From NCBI GenBank assembly GCA_039933785.1, contig JBDTNL010000014.1, forward strand, positions 1,382-65,381: a stretch of 64,000 nt of DNA. Direction: 5' to 3'. Position 1 is the stretch's first letter; each line of letters starts with the position of its first letter. Shown piece by piece: positions 57,252 to 64,000 of the stretch. A program made the translations under genes and the position numbers. Origin of the DNA: Acidobacteriota bacterium (GTDB taxonomy: Bacteria; Acidobacteriota; Thermoanaerobaculia; Multivoradales; JAGPDF01). Below the pieces are notes generated by a model. It was not told the origin of the DNA. It made no database searches and was given only the letters and a program-made list of their open reading frames with translations.

Positions 57252-60200
57252 ATGTCCCGGAACCCTCGCACGGTCGCGGGCTGCTGGCTGGCAGCGGCGG
57301 CTTTGACGGCCTGGGCAGCGGCTGCCCAGCCGGCTGCGATGGTGAAGGACGTGCGGGCCGGCGCGACCACGCCTCTCATGCCGAGCCCGGCTCTGTGGAC
57401 GGCCCAGCTGAACGGCTTCACGTATTTCGAGTTCGACGATGGGCTGCATGGCGCTGAGATTTGGCGCTCGGATGGCACAGCCCTGGGTACAGGGCTCTTT
57501 CTAGACATTTGTCCCGGCATCTGTGGCGGCGCGCGAATTTCGGAACTGGTCTTGTCGGGCGGAAGGATCTTTTTTTCGGCCGACGATGGTGCACACGGAG
57601 AAGAGCTTTGGGCCAGCGATGGGACCGTTGTGGGCACCCATCTCGCGGCCGACATCGCGCCTGGCTTGGCTTCATCGTCGCCATCGTGGCTGACCGATGT
57701 CGCGGGTGTCCTGTTTTTCGCTGCCACAGATGCAGCCGGAACTCGCGGCCTCTGGCGGAGCGATGGCTCGGTAGCGGGAACATACGCGGTCGCAGGAACC
57801 CCAGTAGATCCGAACCAGCTCGTTGCCCTGAGTTCCACTGTGTTCTTCGTGGCTTCGGACGGAATTCACGGCTACGAGCCCTGGATCAGCGATGGTTCTG
57901 TGGCCGGCACTCAGATGCTCTCCGACACCGCTCCCGGATCGCAGAGTGGAGCGTATGCCTCGAATTCGCCCTATCCCCATTCCTTCTACCTTCCTGTGGC
58001 CGCCTCAGGAAGGGTGTACTTTTCAGCGACGGAACCAACTACCGGAACTGAACTCTGGCGAACCGACGGTACGGCGGTGGGGACCGGACCGGTAGCCGAT
58101 CTTCTTACCGGTCCGGACGGTGCCTCTCCTCAGGAGTTGACCTCCTGCGACGGCGGCCTGTACTTCGTCGCCGCACAGCCGATCGCCGGACAGCCGGGGA
58201 ACTATCGCCAGGGCCTCTTTGTGGTGATCAGTCCGGTGGGGGTGCCGGCCGAACTGGCGCTCGTGGACGCTTCAGGGCCGGCGCGCAGTCCGTTTGCGCT
58301 GACCTGCGTGGGCGATCGAGTGTTCTTTTCTGCGGCGACGAGCTCGGAAGGCAATGAGCCCTGGGTCACTGACGGAACGACCCTCGGTACCCACCTGGTC
58401 ACGGAAATCCTGCCCGGTGCGGGGAGCTCGTTCTACACACCGTTCTGGCATTTCTGGGGTCAGGCAGGAGGTCGATATTTTGCATGGGCAAACGATGGAT
58501 TGACGATTCTCCCCTGGGGCACGGACGGCACCGCGCTTGGAACCGAACGGTTGGTGGATCCCACTCCCGGGTCCGGGCTGTCGAGCGGCTTCTATTCATC
58601 TCCGTTCCCGCTGGGTGCGACCTCGGGCTTCACTGCCATGCGCTTCGTCAGCACCGTCGACTACAGCCTGGAGTTGTGGGCGACCGACGGCACTCGCGCG
58701 GGTACTCACTTGGTCGTCGATCTGCCATCGCCCTCGTCCAGCAGCTTCGATGCCTATGGATTTCACGGGGCCTACCTCGCTGGCGGTGGTTCCCTGCTCG
58801 CCTTCACCCCGGCGTTGGATTCCACTCCGCAGTCGATCTGGACAAGCGATGGCACCGGTGCCGGCACGGGCGCCATATCTGTTCCGTCGACGAGCAACTC
58901 CCTCTACTACGGAGACCTCTTGACCTGGCGGGATAGCGTTTTCTTTGCGAATGACGACGGTGTCCACGGCAGAGAGCCCTGGGTCTTGAGCTCGGGCGTC
59001 GCATCGATGCTCGTTGACACCGACCCCGGTACTGGCGACACCCTCGGACCCCTGAACTACGCTTCTGCCGGTTCGGTGGTCTTCTTCAGTGGTTCGAACG
59101 CCGTATGGCGGACCGACGGAACGTCCGGAGGAACCACCCCGATCGATGCCGGAAGCGTTCTTGGATTCGCTCCCTCCGGCCTCGGTGTCGCATATTTGAG
59201 GCTCGAAGGGACCGGGTGCACGATTGTGCATGCGGATGTCGCTGGAGTCTCGTCGCTGGTCATGACGGACGTTGGTCCTTGTGGAGCTCCCTTCGGAGAC
59301 CGGAGCCGGCTCTATTTCTTCGCTCACGATTCGCACCTTTGGACCAGCGACGGCACCGCCCTCGGAAGTCATGCCGTGGTGGATCTCGAGACGGCGGGTC
59401 CTGTCCCGGCGAGCCCGGTTCTTCCTCCCACCCGCGCCGCGGGTACCGTTGCCGCCGGCCGAGCCTATTTCGTTGTCACCGACCCCACGACCGGTCCCGA
59501 GCTCTGGACCAGCGACGGCACCGCCACCGGCACGCACATCGTGAAGGACATTTTCCCAGGCGCCGTCGGTAGCAGCCCGCAGTGGCTGACCGCAGCGGGC
59601 ACCGGCATCTTCTTCGTCGCCGACGACGGCACGCATGGCCGCGAGCTGTGGTGGAGCGATGGCAGCGATGCCGGCACGTTCATGGTGAAGGACATCGTGC
59701 CCGGGCCGGACTCCGGGCTGCCGCAGGAGCTCGCCTTCGTCGACAGCGTCCTGATGTTCTCGGCCCATGACGCGGTCGCGGGTCGCGAGCTCTGGGCGAG
59801 CAATGGCTCGGACTTGGGCACGGTTCGTCTGCAGGACATCGCTCCGGGGACCGACCCCTCTTCGCCGATGAGTTTCACCCTCGCGGGAACCAACGTCTTT
59901 TTCTACGCCAATGACGGCGTCCATGGCTTCGAGCTCTGGGCGCTGCCACGGGCGGCTCTGGCGGACCTGGTGTCGGCCTCGCTCGCGTACTACACCGTTA
60001 CTCCTTGCCGGGTGCTCGATACGCGCGGCGGCGCGCCGCTCTCGTCGGGCGTCGCGAGCGTGCTCGACATCGCTGGACATTGCGGCATTCCGGCGACCGC
60101 CAAGGCCGTGGCGGTGAATCTCACCGCGGTGGGCGCCACTGCCGGCGGAAGCCTGACCGGGGGGCCCGGCAACCAGACAGTCCCGGCAACCACCGTGATC

Positions 60201-60344
60201 GCCTTTGGCGCCAACAAGACCCGCGCCGCGAGCGCGGTCGTGCGCCTCGCGACCGATGGCTCGGGCACGCTCAAGGCAGAGGCGGACCTGGCGCCGGGAG
60301 CCACTGTGAATTTGGTTCTCGACGTGGCGGGGTGGTTCGAGTAG
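57252..60344 (+). CDS. Secreted ELWxxDG-repeat protein (1030 aa)
   Basis: Signal peptide; about 16 copies of G.E(L/P)W.SDGT..GT repeat (EIWRSDGT, ELWASDGT, ELWRTDGT, ELWTSDGT, ELWWSDGS ...); distinct C-terminal ~130-aa domain. Confidence 0.8.
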   Translation: MSRNPRTVAGCWLAAAALTAWAAAAQPAAMVKDVRAGATTPLMPSPALWTAQLNGFTYFEFDDGLHGAEIWRSDGTALGTGLFLDICPGICGGARISELVLSGGRIFFSADDGAHGEELWASDGTVVGTHLAADIAPGLASSSPSWLTDVAGVLFFAATDAAGTRGLWRSDGSVAGTYAVAGTPVDPNQLVALSSTVFFVASDGIHGYEPWISDGSVAGTQMLSDTAPGSQSGAYASNSPYPHSFYLPVAASGRVYFSATEPTTGTELWRTDGTAVGTGPVADLLTGPDGASPQELTSCDGGLYFVAAQPIAGQPGNYRQGLFVVISPVGVPAELALVDASGPARSPFALTCVGDRVFFSAATSSEGNEPWVTDGTTLGTHLVTEILPGAGSSFYTPFWHFWGQAGGRYFAWANDGLTILPWGTDGTALGTERLVDPTPGSGLSSGFYSSPFPLGATSGFTAMRFVSTVDYSLELWATDGTRAGTHLVVDLPSPSSSSFDAYGFHGAYLAGGGSLLAFTPALDSTPQSIWTSDGTGAGTGAISVPSTSNSLYYGDLLTWRDSVFFANDDGVHGREPWVLSSGVASMLVDTDPGTGDTLGPLNYASAGSVVFFSGSNAVWRTDGTSGGTTPIDAGSVLGFAPSGLGVAYLRLEGTGCTIVHADVAGVSSLVMTDVGPCGAPFGDRSRLYFFAHDSHLWTSDGTALGSHAVVDLETAGPVPASPVLPPTRAAGTVAAGRAYFVVTDPTTGPELWTSDGTATGTHIVKDIFPGAVGSSPQWLTAAGTGIFFVADDGTHGRELWWSDGSDAGTFMVKDIVPGPDSGLPQELAFVDSVLMFSAHDAVAGRELWASNGSDLGTVRLQDIAPGTDPSSPMSFTLAGTNVFFYANDGVHGFELWALPRAALADLVSASLAYYTVTPCRVLDTRGGAPLSSGVASVLDIAGHCGIPATAKAVAVNLTAVGATAGGSLTGGPGNQTVPATTVIAFGANKTRAASAVVRLATDGSGTLKAEADLAPGATVNLVLDVAGWFE

Positions 60345-60912
60345 GGCCACTCCTTGCGAAGGAAAGTAGCGCGCAGGCGAAGAACCACGTACTGCAGAAG
60401 TTGAGCCCGCAAGTGAGAAGCACGTCGCGGCCCACGGGCGCCAAGGGCAGAGCGGCGAGAGCGACGACCACAAGTCCAAGTTGACTCGCCGGGGCCATGG
60501 CGCGAGGAAACAGTGTGCCGCCGCGGGAGACCCGCCACACGAAAAGCGCCATGCCGGTGAGGAAGCCGCACAGCGTAGGCAAGGCAAGCGCTGCGTGGTT
60601 CCCGGCCGCCGCGCTGTCGAGGCCGACGCGCAGGGCGAGGAACGCCGCTCCGAGCGCGTAGCTCGAAATCGTGATCCGACCATACAGGCGGCCCCAGAAC
60701 GCTTGGTCGCCGAGGGCGGTCGAAACTCCCCAGAACCCGGCGATCTGCAGCAGAAGGCCCGCGATTCCGGGTCCGTAATCGCGCATCAGGCTAGCCGCTG
60801 CGTCGGCGTTTTGCGGGGACTGCATCGGGAGATCCACGCCGGTCGCCACCGCAGCGCCGGCGAGCCCGAGAGCGAGCTGCCAGCGGACAGCGGTGATGAC
60901 GCCCTGGGTCAC
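60271..60912 (-). CDS. Hypothetical integral membrane protein (213 aa)
   Basis: 5-6 TM segments; GTG start preceded by GAGGCGG; 3' end overlaps the convergent ELW gene by 74 nt, so true stop/extent uncertain. Confidence 0.5.
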   Translation of the reverse strand: MTQGVITAVRWQLALGLAGAAVATGVDLPMQSPQNADAAASLMRDYGPGIAGLLLQIAGFWGVSTALGDQAFWGRLYGRITISSYALGAAFLALRVGLDSAAAGNHAALALPTLCGFLTGMALFVWRVSRGGTLFPRAMAPASQLGLVVVALAALPLAPVGRDVLLTCGLNFCSTWFFACALLSFARSGPTRTTPPRREPNSQWLPAPGPPLP

Positions 60913-60921
60913 GTCGCCGCC

Positions 60922-61809
60922 TCAGTTCGCCGCGGGCGGTAAGCACGCCGCCTTTGCTGGGGCCGCGGCTGCGGCCTCGCCCGTAGCCGCGGGCAAGGCC
61001 TCGATCGAGGGCAGCAGAATGTCCGCGACGTAGTGCCAGTCGGGAGCCGCGGCGAGCGCGCCAAGGGCGTAGGCGCGCGCCAAGTCTCGGCGAGTCGCGA
61101 TGCCGTGCGAGTGCAGATAGGCGAGGCTCATCAGGCACTCCGGAGCGCCCCACCTTGGGATCCAGGGCGCCGGGGTCCCTTGCGAAGCCTCGCGGCGCGC
61201 GGCGGCCAGTCCACGTTCGTAGATTGCGGCGGCCTTGACCATGTCGCCTCCCCAGGGCGGTGGCGCGCCCATCTCATTGCCGCCGAGTATCCAGAGACTG
61301 CGCGGGTTGTCCGTCGCGCTTTCCTTCAGCGCGCGGATGGCGGCGATTCCGGCCTCGTAGATCTTCGTCTTGACCTCGGCTGACTTGGTCGAGGCCAGGA
61401 ACATCTCGCTCATCAGACAGCCCGCGAGGGCACTCTTGGCGTCCTCGAACGAGGGATCGAGACGCAGTGCCGCGCGCAAGTCGGTGCTGGCGAGCTCGAG
61501 GTCCGACATCAGATCGCCCGGCATCGACGTCTCGTTGAAGCCATTGATCGCGCGGCGCCAATACGCGAAGCCTCGCCAGTAGAGCCGATACTTCTCCAAG
61601 TCCGCGGTCGTCGAATCCGGCATGGCCTGGGCGAGGCGACGGAGCTCGTCGCGCTCGCCGCGATAGTCGGCATGGCGAATCGCCTCGACGGTATCGCTGA
61701 GCTGTTGCGCTGCTGCCGTTGATTCTCTCTGGGAAGGTCCTTCTGGGGCTCCGGCGAAGACGAACAAGCTGGCGCAGGCGGCGATCCATGGCAGGGTGCG
61801 AGCGGGCAT
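60922..61809 (-). CDS. Secreted hypothetical helical protein (295 aa)
   Basis: Start at ATG 61809 with strong RBS GAGGAGG; signal peptide MPARTLPWIAACASLFVFAGA. Confidence 0.6.
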   Translation of the reverse strand: MPARTLPWIAACASLFVFAGAPEGPSQRESTAAAQQLSDTVEAIRHADYRGERDELRRLAQAMPDSTTADLEKYRLYWRGFAYWRRAINGFNETSMPGDLMSDLELASTDLRAALRLDPSFEDAKSALAGCLMSEMFLASTKSAEVKTKIYEAGIAAIRALKESATDNPRSLWILGGNEMGAPPPWGGDMVKAAAIYERGLAAARREASQGTPAPWIPRWGAPECLMSLAYLHSHGIATRRDLARAYALGALAAAPDWHYVADILLPSIEALPAATGEAAAAAPAKAACLPPAAN

Positions 61810-61907
61810 CGATGGGTCCTCCTCGAAGGGTTGCCTGCCGCGAGTGTGGCCTCGCCGGCGTCGATCGATATTGGTTTCACCCGTGAAGTGGCGTTGGAGC
61901 CCCATGA

Positions 61908-63098
61908 ATGGCGACCGCCGCGGTGACCCGCGAGCCGAGAACCTGCGAGAATTCGAGGGTGCGGAAAGCTGCTTTGGAAGGCCAGCCTCGAGCGGTCGCC
62001 GGGCTCATCTGGGCCTCGGCGTACCTCACCTACCTCCTCGCCTACAGCGGCGCGATTCGCCTTGGCCTCACCATGGACATCGCGACCTCTCTAGTCGTCG
62101 GATTGATGAACTCCATCCCTGAAGCGCTGGCGGCGCCGATCGTCCTCAGGGTCGCGGGCTCGTCACCCTGGCCGGGCGGGCGCTCCCTGGGTGGCCGTGC
62201 CGCGCTGCTCCTGCTCGGGGTCGGATTCGTGGTCTGGAGCATTCTCGGCGCCGCGAGCCTCTATGCCGTCTACCACCACTTCGCCGAGGGCGGCGCCTGG
62301 GAGTTCACGCTCGACACCCGCACTATGGCCTGGAAGGCGCTCATCTCGTTCCTGGTCTTCGCGCTGCTCGCCGGCGTCGGGAGGGCGAGCGCCTTTGCCC
62401 GCGAAGCGCGCTCCGCCTCGGCGCGGGCGGAGCGCGCCGAGACCCTGCGCGCGGAGGCGCGACTGGCGGTCTTGCGCGCGCAGCTCAACCCGCATTTCAT
62501 TCTCAACGTTCTGCATTCTCTGGTGGGCCTCGCCGAGCGCGACCCGCCGCTCACCGCGACAACGCTCGAGCGACTAGGCACGACACTCCGCTATGCCCTG
62601 CGCGTCCAGAGCCAGGGCCTCGACCAAGTGACGCTCCGCGAAGAGCTCGCGTTCGTGCGCGACTATCTAGCGCTCGAGGGGCTCCGCCTCGGCGACCGGC
62701 TCGAGGTTCGTTTCGCTGTGGATCAGACACTGCTCGATCGCCCGGTGCCTCCCTTCGTGCTGCAGCCATTGGTCGAGAACGCGGTCCGTCACGCGATTGC
62801 GCCGCGGGCACGGGGCGGCATCGTGGCCATCGAAGTTCGCGCCGACGGCGGGAGTCTCGCGCTCTCGGTGGACGACGATGGCGACCCGGTAGTCGGTACC
62901 GCTCAAGGAGTGCAAACAGTGCCCGGCGTCGGCTCCGGCGGCGGCTCCGGCGTCGGGCTGCGGCTGCTGAGCGACCGCATCGAAGCCCTCTACGGACAAG
63001 ACGCGGCGCTCGAAACCGGACGCTCGTCGATGGGCGGCTTCCACGCGCGGGTTCGCCTGCCCGCACAACAGGGCGCCGACACGGAGCCGGGAGCGTGA
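61908..63098 (+). CDS. LytS/YehU-type sensor histidine kinase (His_kinase + HATPase_c)
   Basis: LRAQLNPHFILNVLHSL (pfam06580-type H-box), TM N-terminus, ATPase G-boxes. Confidence 0.8.
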   Translation: MATAAVTREPRTCENSRVRKAALEGQPRAVAGLIWASAYLTYLLAYSGAIRLGLTMDIATSLVVGLMNSIPEALAAPIVLRVAGSSPWPGGRSLGGRAALLLLGVGFVVWSILGAASLYAVYHHFAEGGAWEFTLDTRTMAWKALISFLVFALLAGVGRASAFAREARSASARAERAETLRAEARLAVLRAQLNPHFILNVLHSLVGLAERDPPLTATTLERLGTTLRYALRVQSQGLDQVTLREELAFVRDYLALEGLRLGDRLEVRFAVDQTLLDRPVPPFVLQPLVENAVRHAIAPRARGGIVAIEVRADGGSLALSVDDDGDPVVGTAQGVQTVPGVGSGGGSGVGLRLLSDRIEALYGQDAALETGRSSMGGFHARVRLPAQQGADTEPGA

Positions 63099-63847
63099 AG
63101 CCGGCGCTACGTTGCGTGCTCGCAGAGGACGAAGCCGAGGCGCGCAAGAATCTCATCGGCTATCTCCGTGCCGCCCCGGGAGTCGAGCTGGTCGGTGTCG
63201 CGGCCAACGGTCCAGAGGCGATCGCCCGCGTCGACGAGCTCCGCCCCGATCTGCTTCTACTCGACGTCCAGATGCCCGAGCTCGACGGCATGACCGTCCT
63301 GCGGCGCATCCGCCATCGCCCCGAGGTGATCTTCACCACCGCGCACGAGGCGTACGCCGTCGCGGCGTTCGAGCTCGGCGCGGTCGACTACCTGGTGAAG
63401 CCCTTCGGCCGCGAACGTCTGCTGGCGGCAATTTCGCGCGTGGTCGAGCGCTCCGACGCTGGCGCGGGCGAGGGCCTGAGGAGCGATGCCGTCGATCGCG
63501 CGCTGTCCGCGGCGGCGACTCCACTGACCCGTCTGTTCGCTCGCAAGGGGCAGCGCATCGTGCCCATCGCGGCGAGCGCGATCGTGCGCATCCACGCGCG
63601 CGGGGAATACGCCGAGGTCGTCACCGCGGCGGAGTCCTACCTGGTGCAGATCACCCTTGCGGAGTTCTCGGCGCGACTCGATCCCGAGCAGTTCGTACAG
63701 GTCCATCGCTCGCACATTTTGAACCTCGACGCGATCGAGAGCCTGAAGCCGGCGGACGACCGGCGCCTGCTCGTCACCCTCCGCGATGGCACCGGAATCG
63801 TGGCCAGCCGGGCGGCCTCGGAGAGGCTGCGGCGGCTGGTTCGGTAG
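63095..63847 (+). CDS. LytTR-family response regulator (REC + LytTR DNA-binding domain)
   Basis: GTGA overlap with kinase stop; REC Asp pocket, C-terminal LytTR (FVQVHRSHILNL). Confidence 0.9.
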   Translation: MKPALRCVLAEDEAEARKNLIGYLRAAPGVELVGVAANGPEAIARVDELRPDLLLLDVQMPELDGMTVLRRIRHRPEVIFTTAHEAYAVAAFELGAVDYLVKPFGRERLLAAISRVVERSDAGAGEGLRSDAVDRALSAAATPLTRLFARKGQRIVPIAASAIVRIHARGEYAEVVTAAESYLVQITLAEFSARLDPEQFVQVHRSHILNLDAIESLKPADDRRLLVTLRDGTGIVASRAASERLRRLVR

Positions 63848-63928
63848 GCCGTCCGGGACCACGACGTGGTAGCCTAGCCCTCGTCGGCGCAGCCTCGGCC
63901 GGCTCTCCAGAGTCAGAAAGGATTTCGC

Positions 63929-64000
63929 ATGCTTCGCTCCGGCATTGTCGGCCTGCCGAATGTCGGCAAGTCGACGCTCTTCAATGCATTGACCAAGACC
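63929..64000 (+). CDS. ychF: Ribosome-binding ATPase YchF (5' end only, runs off window)
   Basis: [25 protein letters not shown]-loop N-terminus; RBS AAAGGA. Confidence 0.8.
   Translation, partial: MLRSGIVGLPNVGKSTLFNALTKT

Noticed and set aside
1-64000. tRNA/rRNA genes, CRISPR arrays, IS elements or integrases
   Set aside because: No T-loop-like GGTTCGAAT-type sequences, no spaced direct-repeat arrays, no transposase/integrase-like ORFs found in any frame.

Overview
This is a ~70% GC chromosomal window that is densely coding, mostly metabolic and regulatory genes with a few accessory-like pockets; I found no tRNA, rRNA, CRISPR array or obvious mobile element. The ORF track produces many long opposite-strand 'mirror' ORFs (Arg/Pro/Gly-rich), typical of high-GC DNA; I disregarded them.

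Genes in order:
- A partial c-type cytochrome (minus strand).
- A 1427-aa secreted M36 (fungalysin-type) metalloprotease with DUF11 repeats and an IPTL-CTERM-like sorting tail.
- A TPR-protein-associated TRAP transporter operon: small membrane protein, tatT-like, dctP, fused dctQM.
- A tightly coupled four-gene operon: HEAT-repeat protein, HD-GYP phosphodiesterase, PLD/cardiolipin-synthase-like protein, SUI1/YciH.
- An amidohydrolase, a DinB-like protein, a YihY/BrkB protein, a DtxR-family regulator, a MocA-like nucleotidyltransferase, an MBL-fold hydrolase and several secreted hypotheticals.
- An RNase II/R-family exoribonuclease.
- A small-protein stress-type operon: lipoprotein, a 49-aa lmo0937-family gene that falls below the ORF-track threshold, and a PA2169-family protein.
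- A 907-aa secreted protein and an AI-2E transporter.
- A sigma-54 enhancer-binding response regulator with a divergent hybrid histidine kinase.
- A TetR-regulated TolC-MFP-RND efflux operon.
- A VOC protein, an orphan modA and msrA.
- A complete sulfate-assimilation/siroheme operon: cysH, sulfite reductase, cbiX, cobA-hemD fusion, sat-cysC fusion.
- A c-type cytochrome and pgi-zwf-pgl.
- A TPR membrane protein, a 1030-aa ELWxxDG-repeat protein, and a LytS/LytTR two-component pair.
- The 5' end of ychF.

Most interesting:
1. A candidate transcription attenuator upstream of cysH. It has a promoter, a leaderless 37-codon ORF with the run MCCMCRCM, a strong intrinsic terminator and a plausible antiterminator.
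2. Four to five sigma-54 promoters sharing a TGGCAC-N5-CTGCT architecture, clustered around the enhancer-binding-protein gene and driving small stress-like proteins and a large secreted protein.
3. The HEAT / HD-GYP / PLD / SUI1 operon, in which the first two proteins share a paralogous N-terminal domain.
4. A ModE-type AT-rich palindrome in front of the orphan modA.
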